A stretch of DNA of 64,000 nucleotides from Stegostoma tigrinum. Lineage: Eukaryota. Where the stretch lies: assembly GCF_030684315.1 (NCBI RefSeq), contig NC_081382.1, positions 33,862,620 to 33,926,619 on the forward strand, given 5' to 3'. Positions 1 through 13,624 of the stretch are shown here, piece after piece. Positions within the stretch are counted from its first letter, which is position 1; each line of letters begins with the position of its first letter. The notes below the pieces were generated by a model. The model did not search any database and had not been told where the DNA came from. It saw only the letters and a program-made list of their open reading frames with translations. The translations under genes and the position numbers were made by a program.

Positions 1-75
1 TTTGCTATCAAACACTCCTTCTTCAAAAAAGAATCGGACTTTGTCCCCACTAGTCAAGAAGTACTCTTTGCTCCC
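1..75 (-). CDS. PHYHD1: PHYHD1 (phytanoyl-CoA dioxygenase domain-containing 1) coding exon 3, cut off by the window edge
   Basis: Minus strand reads acceptor ttttattttag|GGG AGC... and translates GSKEYFLTSGDKVRFFFEEGVFDSK. This matches human PHYHD1 [25 protein letters not shown] and is in phase with exon 7592-7750. Confidence 0.93.
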
Positions 76-267
76 CTAAAATAAAATGTGGCAACAATTA
101 ACACTTAGTGCTCAACAAAGCAGAAATTCTTATGAATGACCCACTATCCAAACTCCAACACACTTGCTACCCGCATTTTTTAGGCCAACCAGGAATCATG
201 AGACGAAGAAAAACTAGTTAATTTCAACCTCTCATGGTCATTTAAAGTCGGGGAGTCAGAATACATG

Positions 268-505
268 TGTAATGATTTGTAACAAGGTCAGATAAATGGG
301 CCTCATTGAATATGGGTTACCTAATTGGGGCTATTAATCTGGTCTAAGCAGGAAGCCCTGGCTGACGGATAAGAACAGGAGTAGTAGACATCCTATTCAC
401 TCTGAAAGCTGGCTCTGAGGGAGCTGGATCAGTGTCAAGGACTCTCCATGTGTAAACAAAGGATGACATGGGGACGGGATACCGGCCTCTGTAGAGTTAT
501 TTCCA
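268..505 (+). repeat. 5' LTR of the Gypsy element
   Basis: Aligns by eye with 4082-4315 (shared caggaagccctggctgac, ggctctgagggagctgg, cagtgtcaaggactc, gagttatttc). Confidence 0.88.
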
Positions 506-2204
506 TGGCGGAGGGAGAAAAGCACGCTCCTTAAGAAATTAGCTTGCAACAGTTGTCTCTGAGTTAGGTTAAGTATTTCTATCATTGTGCCATTATTTGG
601 GAAGCTTCACACATTCAATTCTGTTGTCAAAAAACTGGGCTCAGTATGTCAAAATAATGCATTATTTTTTCTGGGCAAATGACAGTGGGGCAGATGAAAA
701 TCAATAAGTAATTCTCCTTACTGCTTGTGGACTTGCATTTTTTTGAATATTAGGATCCTAACTTTCCCTGAGGCACCAGATACTAAAACCTTTCAAGAGT
801 TGTTAGATTTAGTGAAGGAATATTATGAACCTAAGCTTCCTCTATTTGTGAGATGCTATAGGATTAACTTGGCAATTTGAGAACTAGGGAAATCCGTATT
901 GGGATTTTTGATTAGGTTAAGATGATTGGCAGAGACGTGTGACTTTGATTAACCCTTATTGAGATGCTGAGAGACCATTTCGTATATGGGCTGAATGGTG
1001 TAACTGTGCAAAACAGCCTACAAGCTGAAGCTGAACTGGACTTCAAGCAGGCACGACAACTGGCTTTACCACTGGAAAACATGGCAAGTGGAGCACATGA
1101 GTTGCATGTTATGCCGATGGAAGTGGACACCTTCACCAGCCAACTGAGCTTGGGGAACACTACTTGAGTGAAGGCAATTGCACAGCCTCACTCAGGACAT
1201 GAACAGACAGAGGGACTCTAGGTCAGCCCTACAGCAAAACCTCAAAACAAAGCCAAGCCTCAGCTTTCTTCATGATCCGGGCCAGAAAGCCATTGTAGTT
1301 GATGACAGTATGCAGACTTGAGGCAGCAAAAGCATCCCACTAGGCCTAAACTGAATAAGAGAATTCATAGGCTGGTATCCAGGAGACTGCACATCCTGGA
1401 AAGTTCACCTACATCCAGTTTGGAACAGTTAAATTGCTCAGCAACATCCAAATTATAGCCATCAAAATAAATGTCTGGTTAAAGAGTCACCTGGTTCTAA
1501 TGGAGGTCCATACTGACGCAGCTGTTTCAGTGGTCACAAAATCAGTCTTAAACAAAATTCACTCTGGACTCCAACCCTTAAGTTTGGACAAGACCTCAGC
1601 TAGACTGAGATCCTCTACTGGGGAGCCTTTACAAATTAAGGGTACAACTTCAGTTGCAGTCTCTTATGAGAAGCAACTAGTTCAGTTACCCCTGATTGTA
1701 GTAAAATGCTTGGGCTCAAGCTTCATGGGGCAAAATTGGTTGAGAAAGATTCACCTAGATTACATTAACATTTTTCAATTAGAAAACGGCTGCCTGAGTG
1801 AAGCCCTAATTAAATACCTGGACATTTTCAGGAAGGTCTAGAAACTATCAAAGCATCCAAGGCCACCTTGCATGTTAACCAGGAAACAATTCCATGACTC
1901 TGCAAGGTCCACCCAGTGCCATTTGCCTTACGATTAAAAATTGATGCAAAAATCAGGAGGCTTGAAAAAGAAAGAATCATCAAACCAGTCCACTTTGTTG
2001 TCCCTCACACAGCTGGAAATGAGCCATGAATACTTGCAATTGCAATTAAATAAGGATTTCCAGAAATATGCTACAATTAATGTCCTTAAGGGGTTGTACC
2101 AATGTACGAGACTGACATTTGCAGTATTGTCAGCATGTGCAATTTTTCAGCAGATGACTGAGAACATTTTACAAGGACTTCCCAGGTTACCAGTTATCCA
2201 GTTA

Positions 2205-2372
2205 GAGTCACTGAGTCATAGAGTCCTACAGCACAGAGACAGGCTCTTCGGCCCAAATTGGTCCATGCCAAGCAAAGTGTCCATCCATGCCCACCCCCAT
2301 TTCCCTGCATTTGGCCCATATCAGTCTGAACTTTTCCTATCCATGTATTCGTCCAAATGCCTTTTAAATGTT
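2205..2372 (-). repeat. CR1/SINE 3'-tail fragment nested in the Gypsy RT region
   Basis: gagtcatagagtc...acagcacagagacaggctcttcggccc is the reverse complement of the LINE tail seen at ~6780-6835 and ~27900-27957. It interrupts the RT near the YxDD region. Confidence 0.7.
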
Positions 2373-4081
2373 GTTAATGTTAATGACAGGCTAATAATAG
2401 GGAAGACCAATAAGGAACACTTCAAGAACTTGGACATAGTCCTTAGACATTTCTCCCAATCAAGTGTATACCTTAGAAGGGAAAAATGTATCTTCCAGGC
2501 ACCCCAAGTGTTACACTTGTTGCAAGATAATGTGAGGGCAATCAAAGGTGCCCCATCTACTACATCTGTACCAGAGCCTAGGTCTTTCCTTGGGTTAGCA
2601 AATTATTACAGAAAATTCATATGTAACCTGGCCTCCAGCCTGGCACTTTTGCATCAACTCTTTAAAAAGGGTCAGCCTCGGAAATGGTCACGTAGCCAAG
2701 ACATAACTTTCAGGGAGTTGAAGAAGCAGCTATCATCATCTAAGGCATTAGCACACCATGATCCCAAGCAAGACCTGGTGTTGACATGCAATAAGGCACC
2801 AGAGTGGTATTAGCTCATAGATGGCCTAATGGAGAGGAATATCCAATAGCATATGCATCCAGGACTTTGGCTATTTCAGAGTGTAAATATACCTAGATAG
2901 AGAAGGAAGGTTTGGCAGTCATATTTGAAGTCAAGAAGTTCCACCCATACCTTTAGAGACCTATATTTGTAATAATAACAGATTACAAACCCGGCAAGGT
3001 CTACCTAAAGAGGACAAAGCAGTGCCACTCATAGCTTTAGGCCGAATTCAGTGGTGAGCTCTAATGCCAAGTATGTGTAATTGCAAGTTAGAATACTGTC
3101 TGGGAGGCCAAGTAGCAAATGCAGATGCATTCAGCCACCTCAGTCTGGCAGATACACTACTGGTGGTACTGTCACTCGAAGACTCTGTAATGGTTTTACA
3201 TTTTCTGGACGCACTTCCAGTCACAGCTGACAATATCAGACTTTGGACACAAAAAGATCTGATCCTGGCAAAACTGAAACAGCTGGTGGTGATGAGCTAA
3301 ATCAAACGGCCATCACAACTGGAAACTGAAACCTTTTTGGACCAAGAGAGATCAGATCACAGAACAGGATGGCACATTATTATGGTGAGTAAGAGTGACT
3401 GTCCCAAGCACAGGTTGCAATTAGAGACTGGCTGAGATACACCAGACTCATCCAGGGGTTTCCCAAATGAAGATATTGGATAGAAGTTATGTCTGTTGGC
3501 CAGCTTGGATGCAATGCCCAGAGTGCCAACAAGGGCAAGGTGAAACAGCATCACAAATGCCAATGCTGGACACAAAACTCCACTAAGCGAGAGAGATTAT
3601 TTATTTCAGGAGTGAAGTTTGTGCAGGAACCACAGGAATGGCCTTGCATGGGTATGAGGCTTGGTCAATGGTAGGTCAGGTGCAGTGACGTCTAAAGTTC
3701 AGATAGGTGCAACAATCCTGAACAAGCACGTGGACGATATGAAAGTTGCAACCTCACATATGGTGTGTGTGCAAAATGTGCCCAGCTCCTCGACTGCCTT
3801 TCCAACTGCTCTGGAACGCATGGGTTCTCACACTCCATCAAGAGTTGAAGATACCTCAGAATCTGAGATGGACACAGCAGATGTCGCCACCTCAATGCCT
3901 TCGCTGCTTGAAGAAGAGAATGAATTTCTTCAAAGATGCTCTGGGTGCAAGAGGTGAGCTAACATGCATCACGTGCCGTCCGTATCAGAGGCAGAGTTAG
4001 ATGAACCTGGCCCGGTGCTAAAACGCCCCAGGAGAAGCTATAAAGAACAAGCCTAAGTTTTTACTCTCAGAGTGGGAGGAA

Positions 4082-4315
4082 TGTAGTGACTGTAATGAGG
4101 TCAGCCAAGAGGCCGACTCAGAATATGAGTTCCCTGATTGGGGCTGTTTATCTGGTCTGTTCAGGAAGCCCTGGCTGACAGATAAGAATAGGCGTGTCGG
4201 AGGTTCTGTTCACTCAGAGCAGGCTCTGAGGGAGCTGGGTCAGTGTCAAGGACTCACCATGTGTATATAAAGGGTGACTTGGCAACGGGATACCAACCTC
4301 TGTGGAGTTATTTCA
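4082..4315 (+). repeat. 3' LTR of the Gypsy element
   Basis: Starts TGT immediately after a polypurine tract, ends TTCA and is followed by the TSD ACATG. Confidence 0.88.
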
Positions 4316-4429
4316 ACATGTATTCATGAAAAATAACCTGAAAGCAACTACTGGGAAGAAGTTCTTTACTTAAAATGTGATAGACTTTTCGAATAATCTG
4401 CAAGGTAGAAAAGTTGTAATTTGTGTTCT

Positions 4430-6000
4430 AACAGGGCTTCTCAGCTCTTGACCTCATTACAACCTTGGCTCATGCATGGACAAAAGAGCTGAATTCCAGA
4501 GGTGACGTGAGAGTGACAGCCCTTGACATCAAGGTAACATCGAATGTAGAATCAAGGAGCCCTAGAAAAACTGAGTCATAGGTACGGGGTGGGGGAAATT
4601 CTCTACTGGTTGGAGTCCTGTCTTACACAAAGGAAAATGGTTATGGTTGTTGGACATCAATCATCTCAACTCCAGGATATTTCAGCAAGGATTCCTCAAG
4701 CTAGTGTCCTATGCCAACCAAATTCAGCTGCTTCATTGATGAGATTCTCTCTGTTATAAGGTTAGAAGTGGGGGTGTTCACTGGATTCAGTGGCAATCAA
4801 GCATGCTGTTTTGTCCTGGATGAGATCAAGCTTCTTGAATGTTGCTGAAACTGAACCCATCCAGGCAAGTGTGGAGTATTCATCACACTCCTGACATGTG
4901 CCTTGTAGATACTGGACAGGGTTTGAGGAGTCAGGCAGTGAGTTACTCGCTGCTGTATCTGATCTGCTCTTGTAACCAGTGTTTATGTGGTGAGGCCAGT
5001 TGAGTTTCTGGTCAATGGTAAATCCAAGGATGTTGGTAGTGAGGGATTCAGTGATGGTAACACTTTGAAGGTCAAGGGGTGATGTTTAGATTGATTCTTA
5101 TTGGGTAATGGGTCATAGCCTGTCATTTGTGTGGCATGACTGTTACTTGCCACTTGTCAACCTAAGTCTGAATTGTCCAGATCTTGTTGCACTTGAACAT
5201 GGACTGCTTCAGTATCTGAGATGTCACAAACGGTGCTGAACATGTTGCCATCATTGAGAAACAACCCCACCTCTGACCTTGGTGGCAGAAAGATCATTGA
5301 TGAAGCACATGAAGATGGTTGGGCCTAGGACACCACCCTGAGGAACTCATGCAGAGATGTTCTGAAGGTGAAATCTCTGACCTCCAACAACCATAACCAT
5401 CTTCCTATGTGTTGGATATGACTCCTCGTGGAGAGTTGACCCCTGATACCCATAGATTCCAGTTTTGCTAGGGGTCCTTGATGCCACATTCGGGTGAATG
5501 CAGTCTTGCATGTCACTCTCACCTCACCTCTTGAATTCAGCTCTTTTGTCCATGTCTAAACTAAGGATGTAATGAAGTCAGGAGTGGAGTGGCCTTGGCA
5601 GAACCCAAACTGGGTGACACTGCGCAGGTCATGGCTGAGCAGATACTGCTTGATAGCACTTTTGATGACACCTTCCACCATTTTACAGTGATCAATAGTA
5701 AACTGATGGGGCAGTAACTGGCAGGGTTGGATTTGTCCTTTTTTTTAATGTACAGAACATACCTAGGCAATTTTCCACACTGTTGGGTAAATGCCAGCAG
5801 TGTAACTGTACTGGAAGAGGCTTGGCCAGGGGAATAGCAAGTTCTGGAGCACAAATCTTCAGCATTATTGCCATAATGTTGTCAGGGCCCTTAGCCTTTG
5901 CAGTATGTGTATACAACGATTTCTTGATATCACATGAGTGAATCAAATTGACTGAAGACTGGTATCTGTGATGCTGGGGACCACAGAAGGCCCACACTGG
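4430..6000. mobile_element. Decayed non-LTR retrotransposon (LINE) RT fragments in opposite orientations (+ ~4430-4780, - ~4790-6000)
   Basis: ORF-track remnants KAKGPDNI, KKDKSNPASYCPISLL and AFTRMWHQG are typical of LINE RT domains. Confidence 0.75.
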
Positions 6001-6504
6001 ATGTGGCAGGATTAGATCTGATCTATTGGTTATGTCTTGTCAGCATATCCATATCAGTGAAGGAACAAATATCTTAAGATCTTCAAATCAATGCTTTTTA
6101 GGCATTAATGTCTTCTCATTTCCATTTACATGCAGTCCTCAACAGAAAGAGATGATGTGGAGTCATATTCCATTACATTCTTCTCACTTAATTAGGATTC
6201 TGGGTAATCCAAATTGGAGGATGGGAAAATGTCGTAGCTGTCAGAGCTGCTCCTTTGAGGTAATTTCAGTGTTGGATCTGATTTCCTTGAATTCTAGGAG
6301 CAGTACTTCCTGATTTATAAGCTGTTGCATTGTTTTGGAACTTCTGATTTTTTTCCCCCAAACAGTAGCAATTTAAGAAGGAGGAAGAGAGACAAAGCAG
6401 TGATCATATGGGAGGTGAAACAAACAGAAGTAAACCTGCACAGCTGTCTGACCGAGCAGTGAACTACACAGTTGACTGCCTCTGCTGTTTGGTTTCAAGC
6501 ATAA

Positions 6505-6838
6505 AAGCCAAGGTCTTTTCCCCAGGGTGGGAGAGTCCAAAACTAGAGGGCATAGGTTTGAGGTGAGAGGGGGAATATTTAAAAGATACCTAAGGGGCAA
6601 GTTTTTTTCACACAGTGAGTGGTGCGTGTATGGATTGAGCTGCCAGAGGAAATGCTGGAGCCTGGTACAGTTACAATATTTAAAAGGCATCTGGATGGGT
6701 AAATGAATAGGAAAGGTTTAGAGGTATATGGGCCAAATGCTGGCAAATGGGACTAGATTTATTTAGGATATCTGAGCAGCATGGATGATTTGGACCAAAG
6801 GGTATGTTTCTGTGCTGTACATCTCTATGACTCCATAA
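6505..6838 (+). mobile_element. CR1-type LINE 3' end fragment
   Basis: Contains ttttccccagggtgggagagtccaaaactagagggcataggttt and a 3' UTR ending in ctatga repeats. The same sequence recurs at ~27660-27957. Confidence 0.8.
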
Positions 6839-6901
6839 CTTGAAAACCAACAAGCCAACAGTTCTTGCAACTGAAAGGGAGAAGTTGAAAATACAAGTTG
6901 T

Positions 6902-7503
6902 GCAGCAGATTAACAGGGGGATTGAGTTTAAGAGTCGTGAGATCTTGTTGCAGCTCTATAAAACTTTGGTTAGACCGCACTTGGAATACTGCGTCCAGTT
7001 CTGGGCGCCCCATTATAGGAAAGATGTGATTGTTTTGGAGAGGGTTCAGAGGAGGTTTACCAGGATGCTGCCTGGACTGGAGGGCTTATCTTATGAAGAG
7101 AGGTTGACTGAGCTCGGTCTCTTTTCATTGGAGAAAAGGAGGAGGAGAGGGGACCTAATTGAGGTATACAAGATAATGAGAGGCATCGATAGAGTTGATA
7201 GCCAGAGACTATTTCCCAGGGCAGAAATGGCTAGCACGAGGGGTCATAGTTTTAAGCTGGTTGGTGGAAAGTATCGAGGGGATGTCAGAGGCAGGTTCTT
7301 TACGCAGAGAGTTGTGAGAGCATGGAATGCGTTGCCAGCAGCAGTTGTGGAAGCAAGGTCATTGGGGTCATTTAAGAGACTGCTGGACATGTATATGGTC
7401 ACAGAAATTTGAGGGTGCATACATGAGGATCAATGGTCGGCACAACATTGTGGGCTGAAGGGCCTGTTCTGTGCTGTACTGTTCTATGTTCTATGTTCTA
7501 TGT
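6902..7503 (+). mobile_element. Young 5'-truncated CR1-type LINE (ORF2 C-terminus plus 3' UTR)
   Basis: Open frame LYKTLVRPHLEYCVQFWAPHYRKD...RRRRGDLIEVYKI...WNALP, typical of the CR1 ORF2 C-terminus. Ends in a (TTCTATG)n tail at ~7482-7502. Confidence 0.92.
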
Positions 7504-7591
7504 TTAGATACAAGAGAAAACCAGATTTCTGTGTCACTCTTAAGCAACACATACACGCACCTCCCCCACTCCTCCCCATTGCTGTCCCAAC

Positions 7592-7750
7592 CTGTGCTTT
7601 AAGCTGCTCCGATGCTTGCGTTGTGAATTCGGTGCGAAGCTCTTTGGCGACATCCATCTCATCAATAATCTCTAATATCCGCTTTCTCAGGGAGTCACAT
7701 TCATCTTCTGTGAGAAATCCATCGATTTTAACAAAGCCATCTTTCCTGAG
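7592..7750 (-). CDS. PHYHD1: PHYHD1 coding exon 2 (159 nt)
   Basis: Acceptor ttttttccccatcttcag|, donor CAG|gttggg. Translates LRKDGFVKIDGFLTEDECDSLRKRILEIIDEMDVAKELRTEFTTQASEQLKAQ, matching human FQQDGFLVLEGFLSAEEC...[23 protein letters not shown]. Phase 0 at both ends. Confidence 0.95.
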
Positions 7751-7979
7751 CTGAAGATGGGGAAAAAAACAGCAAATGTGTAACAGACAAATGGGATCAG
7801 AACTTGATCTTATTAACCTCTTTATAAATGGTCAGCTTAACTTAACAATACCTTCACATTTTTGTGTTAGATAGCTACAGGTACAAACCTGATTAAGTGA
7901 CAAATCAGAAGAGTTCAGCACATTATCTTGCCTATAGATCAATGCATTACTGAGGCAATGCTACACACTCAGAGACAGA

Positions 7980-10265
7980 CACAAAGCAGGCCAATCAGCT
8001 CCTTGAACCTACTCTGTCATTTAATAAGATCATTGCTGATCTGTTTGTGTTTTGAATTCCACATTCACATATATGCCCAATAACCTCTAATTCCTTGGCC
8101 GAACAAGAATCTATCTATTTCTATTTTAAAAGTATTTAATGATATTACCTCCACTACTTTCTGAGGTAGAATTGCAAAGTCACTGAACCATCTGAGAAAG
8201 TATTAGCCTCATCTCTGTCCTAAAAGGGTGACCTCTAATTTTAAAACCATGCCCTATTGTTCTGGATACACACACAACAGGAAACATCCTTTCCACATCT
8301 ACCTTGTCAAAACCATTAAGGATCATATACAGTCACCCCGCACTCTTCTAAACATCAAAGGAAACAAGTCTAGTCTGCCTAAAATACCCATATAAGACAA
8401 CCACTCATTCCAGGTATTAATCTAGTAGACATCCTCTGAACTCCAACATGTATACATTCTTCCTTAAATGTACACTGTTTTTGAGATATGACTTCATCTG
8501 TGTCCTACATAACTGAAACAAAATTGTTACTTGTGTGTTCAATTCCTCCCATAATAATGGATAGCATTCCATTCGCCTTACTAATTAGCTTCTGTCCCTA
8601 CATACAAATGATTTGAAAAATCATGCTCTAGAACACCTAAATCCTTCTTCCACTCAGAATTCTGCAGTCATTCTATATTTAAGTAATTTCTGCTTTTTTT
8701 ATTCTTCCTGCCAACTTCATATTTTCTAATATTATACTCCAGGAAGGGTGTTATTAAATTAGAGCGATTTCAGCGGAGATTTACCAGGATGTTGCCAGGA
8801 ATGGACATCTGAGTACAAAAATAAGCTGGAACTTTTCTCACTAAAGCACAGGAGATTGAGGAGTGACCTTATAGAGATTTATAAAATCATGAGGGGTATA
8901 GATAAGGAAATAGCAATGATCTTTTCACCAGGCTGAAAAGTTCAAAACTAAGGGGACATATTTTTAAGAATAAAGTGCAATACAGCACTTGAACAGGCCC
9001 TTTGGCTTCCAAGCCTGCACCAACACATTTTGCCCTTCCATATTAAAAGTGTCTTCACTTACAGGATCCATATCCCTCTATTCCCTTCCTATTCTTGTAT
9101 TTTCAAGCTGCTTCTTGAATGCTGCCACCACCTCCTCTGACAACGCATTCCAGGCACTCACCACCCTTTTTGAGAAAAATTTGCTTTGCACATCTCTTTT
9201 GAACTTTACCTCTTGCACCTTGAACTTGCATCCCCTAGTAATTGACTGATCCACCCTGGGAAAAACCTGCATACTTTCCTCCCTATCTATGCCTTTCACA
9301 ATCTTATAAACTTCAGGCCAGCCCTTAACTTCCTGCGTTCCAGTGAAAACAAACCCAGACTATCCAAGGCACAGGATCACAACCCTCCATTCTGAAAAGC
9401 ATCCTTCCATCACTACCCTCTATCTCCTATGACTGACCCGGTTCTATATCCAACTTGCCAACTCACACCGATACCATGTGACTTCACCTTTTGTACCAAT
9501 CAGTCATGAGGGACCTTGTCAAAGGCTTTACTGAAGTTCACATAGACAACATCAACCGCTTTTTCCTCATCAATCATCTTCATCACCTCCTCAAGAAAAA
9601 CTCAATCAAGTTAGTGAGGCACGACCTCACCTGCACAAAACCATGCAGTTTATCATTAAGCAGTCTATTTACATCCAAATTCTTATAGATCTTGTCCCTG
9701 ATATTTTTGTTCCAATAATATCCCTACCCCAACATGAGGCTCACAGGCCTGCATTTTCCTGGATTATCCCTGTTACCCTTTTTAAACAGTGGGACAACAT
9801 TGGCTATTCTCCAGTCTGCTGGGGCCTCACATATGGCCAAGGAGGATGTAGAGATGTCTGTCAGAGCTCCAGCAATTTGTTCTCTTGCCTCCCTCAATAT
9901 TCTGGGATAGACCCCAGCAGGATCCAGGGACTTATCTATCTTAATACTTTTCAAGATGCTCAATACCTCTTCCTTTTTAATAGCAACTTGGCTTAGAAAT
10001 TTACACTGAGAGGAAAAAATTTTAAAAAGCACAAGGGCCAAATTTTGTACAAAGCGTGGTTAATATTTCAAAATAACTGCCAGAGGAAGTAGTGGGTGCA
10101 GGTACAGTTACAACATTTAAAAGACATTTGGACAGGTACATGAATGGGAACGGTTCACAAGGATGCAGGCCAAACACAGGCAAGTGGAGACTAGTTTAGT
10201 TTGAGAATATGGTTGGCATGGACTAGTGGATCAAAAGGCCTGTTTCCATGCTATATGACTCTATG
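7980..10265. mobile_element. Cluster of nested, decayed CR1-type LINE fragments on both strands
   Basis: Minus-strand remnants DWRIANVVPLFKKGNRDNPGKCRPVSL (9724-10041) and FFSKRVVSAWNAL (9078-9299). A plus-strand 3' end at ~8740-8965 resumes at ~10010-10265. Confidence 0.75.
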
Positions 10266-10579
10266 ACAGTGTTTGCAGGTTTCAGTGCAACCAGTGGCAG
10301 GGAACTACAATTTGCAACAGCACTTTCGTGGGTTGGGGCAGGGGAATGTATTTAACTACATTTTCTGCTCTAACTTCTTATTCAATAATCGCTTGAAGAT
10401 GGGAAATGAACACAGAAGGAACAGTGATAACGTTCCATATGAGGATGGTTTGTGGTTTTGGAGGGAAACATGCAAGGCAGATGCAAGTTTCCATGCATCT
10501 GCTTCTTTTGCCCTTTTGGGATGGTCGAAGCTATTGCCGTGGAAGGCGCAGTCAGATAAAGCTTTGTGCATACAAATCA

Positions 10580-12160
10580 AGGCACCGCAGGTGCTGGAGA
10601 TCTGAAACAAAAACAGAAAGTGCTAGAAAAACTCAGCAGATTTGGCAGTATCTGTGTACAGAAAAAAGAGTTAACATTTCAAAGCCACAAACCATTCATC
10701 AGAACTGAAAGCAGCTGGAAAAAGACGGTATTTATGCTTTTGATGGGACATGAGAGTGTGAAGGAATGAGATAGATAGTTGGACATGACACCCATAGAGA
10801 GAGAAAGAAAGGACACAGAAATGTGGATTGCTGACAGTAAGTCAGAGAGAAGTTAATGCTGAATCAATATTGACGAGGATTGTGAATAGTTGAAAATGGG
10901 TTGTTTGTGCTGGGAGCAGCCCTTAAACAACAGGACCTGAGAGTGTGGGGAGTGGTTAATAAACATTAAGGATGATGTTTACGTCCTGAAATTATTAAAC
11001 TCGATGTTTAGTCCTGAGGTCTAAAAGGACCCGAGGTGGAAGATGAGGGTGTTGTTCCTCGCACTCAACTTCATGGGAGCACTACAGTAGGCCTGAGATA
11101 GGGCTGGCATGGGAACATGGCAGTGTGTTGAAGTGGTAGTCAACTGGAAGCTCAGGGTCATTTTTACAGATACAGCGGTGGTGTCCAGCAAAGCAGTTAC
11201 CCAGTCAGCATTTCATCTTTCCAATGTTGAGAGGATCACATTGTAAGCAACAAATACAGTACACTTGATTGAATGAAGTGCAGGTAAATTGCTTATTCAC
11301 TGGGAAGGAGTGCTTGGGCCTTGGATAGTCAGGAATCAAGCGATTAAACAGGTAAATGCTGCATCTTCTGTAATTGCATGGGGAAGTGTTGTCGAGGCGC
11401 AGGAGGTTTTGGGTATAGAGGAGGAGTGAACCAGGTTATCCCAGAGGCAACGGTCCCTGTGGAATGCTGATAAGGGGGGGGGAGGTGGCTATTTATCTGA
11501 TGGTGGCACACCCCTAGAGGTAGTGGAAATTGCAGCTATTGTTCTTTTGTATGTAGAGGCTGGTGAAGTACAAAGTGAGAAGAAGGAAACTCCATCTGTG
11601 CTGTGTGAGGGAAGGGAAGGGGTATGGGTAGGAGTGCAGGAAATGAGTCGGATATGGCTGAGGGGATTGTCAACTGCAGCAATCAGGAATCTTCAGTTGA
11701 AGAAAATTATGAACATTCTGGAGACCCCCCCCTTCTCCTTCTCCTTCTCCTTCTCCCCACTGTCCCCACCCCCGCTGCGGAAGGGCATAATCAGAACAAT
11801 TGTGACAGAGATGAAGAAACTGGGAGAATGGAATGGAGTCCTTATAGCAAGCAGATTGTGAGGACATATAGTCTAGGCAAAATTGGTATGTTTGTAGCAG
11901 ATATCACTGTCCAGCCCCATGCTGCAAATGGAAACAGATGTCAAGGAAGGGAAGGGAGGAGTTGGAAATGAATCAGGTGAAGGCGAGGAAAGGATGAAGA
12001 TTGAAAGTAAAGTTGATCATTTTTTTCCAATTCTGGATGAGAGAGGGAAGCAGCAAAATCATGTCATCTTGTAACAGAAAAAGAGTTGTGGGGAGTTAGG
12101 GGGATTAAAGTAAGACTGGAATAAGGAATGCTCCACATATCCCATAAGGAGGCAAACATA
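10580..12160 (-). mobile_element. Old Penelope-like element fragment
   Basis: The minus strand near 11170-11300 gives a decayed GIY-YIG-like segment (FTCTSFNQVYCICCLQC..NIG...LGNCFAGH), collinear with the younger PLE copies at 15187 and 55800. The terminus at ~10580-10710 resembles the PLE end. Confidence 0.72.
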
Positions 12161-13022
12161 AGCCTTTGTGATATGTAGATAGTACACACTACTGCTTCTG
12201 TATATCAGTAATACAGAGTATGAATGCGAAATGTGGTGGATGGAGGGCCAATCAAAACTGGCTGGTTTGGCCTGAAAGGTGTTGAGCTTCTGAGTGTTGT
12301 TTGGAATTGTACTGATTCAGGGAAGTGCAGAGCATAGCATCACAATCCTTGTCCCTCGTACATGGTGGACAGGTTTTGTGGAGTTAGCAGGTGAGTTATT
12401 TGCTGCAGAATTCTCAGTTTCTAACCCGTACGTCTAAGTGTCGTAATTATTTGGCTGGACTAGGTCAATGGTAACCCCAGGATGTTGATAGTGGGGGAAT
12501 TTAGTAATGGTCACGTTTTTGAATGTCAACAATATGTGTTCAGGTTATATTTTGTTGGAGATGGTTATTGCTGAACCTTGTGTGGTGTAAAACTTACCTG
12601 CCAATTATCCACCCAAACCTGAATGTTGTTCAATGCTCACACTTATGGACACAGAGTGCTTCAGTACCTGCGGAGTTGCAAACAGTGCTGAACATTGTGC
12701 AATTATCAGAGAACATCCTATTTCTGATCTTATAATGGAGGAGAAGACACTAATGAAGCAGCTGAAGATGGATGCACCCAGGACATTAGCCTGAGGAATA
12801 CCTGCGTCATTGTCCCAGAACTGAGATGATTGATATTGAACATTTACTAACATCTTACTTTGTGCTAGGTAATGACATCCCTCCATTGGTATTGGAGAGT
12901 TTTCTCTCTGATTTCCATTTCCTCCAATTTTGCTAGGGCTCCTTGACACCATACTTGGTCAAATGCCGCCTTAATGTTTAGGGTAGTAACTCTCAAATCA
13001 TCAAATGAGTTCAGCCCATTTG

Positions 13023-13200
13023 GAGATAGCAAGAACTGCAGCTGCTGGAGTCAGTGTCGATACAGTGTGGAGCTGGAGGAACACAGCAGGTCAGACAGCA
13101 TCAGATGAGCAGGAGAGTCAACATTTTGAGCCCAAAACGTCCACTCTCCTGCACCTCTGCTGCCTGACCTGCTGTGTCCCTCCAGCTCCTCACAGTATCT
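13023..13200. mobile_element. Short fold-back PLE-derived element
   Basis: Inverted arms tgtggagctggaggaacacagcaggtcag / ctgacctgctgtgtccctccagctcctcaca. Flanked by agttcagcccatttg (13008-13022) and agttcagctcttttg (13201-13215). Confidence 0.75.
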
Positions 13201-13624
13201 AGTTCAGCTCTTTTGTCCATTTTTGGATCAAGGCTGTAATAGGTCAGGAGTGGAGTGGCTGTGGTGGAAATCAAACTGAACATCTGCTGTTAAAATGAAA
13301 CAAAGAACTGCGGATGCCTGCGACCTGAAACTAAAACAGAAACTGATGGCAACAATCAACAGGTCTGGTGATTCTTCATCAACTTTTTTTTACCAACAGT
13401 TTCTGTGGGAGGAAACCAGGGTCTGGTGACGTTTCATCAACTTTTTTGCCAGTAATTTCTGTTTTTATTTGTGAACATCTGCAGGCTGGTTATTGCCAGT
13501 AAATGTCACTTGGTGGTACTTTAGACAACACCAGTAATCGGCCAGGTTGAATTTGTCCTGTTTTAATCGGACATGACATACCTGAGCAACTGTTCACATT
13601 GCTGGCTAGATGTAACTGTCCTGG

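Larger units (their letters stand above)
268..4315 (+). mobile_element. Degenerate Ty3/Gypsy LTR retrotransposon in PHYHD1 intron 2, antisense to the gene
   Basis: Two related ~235 bp LTRs (TG...CA), a 5-bp TSD ACATG at 263-267 and 4316-4320, TGG PBS-like start at 506 and a polypurine tract at ~4069-4081. Broken ORFs give gag-like (LRDHFVYGL), protease-like (LMEVHTDAAVS), RT (RSFLGLANYYRKFI) and RNase H (AYASR, EKEGLA) pieces in Gypsy order. There are many stops and frameshifts, and the integrase core appears deleted. Confidence 0.9.

Noticed and set aside
1941-2813. 290-aa ORF as a functional reverse transcriptase
   Set aside because: Chance read-through of a decayed Gypsy pol with a nested repeat. 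The catalytic YxDD is destroyed.
6840-7412. 190-aa ORF as a host gene
   Set aside because: It is the CR1 ORF2 C-terminus from a 5'-truncated insertion.
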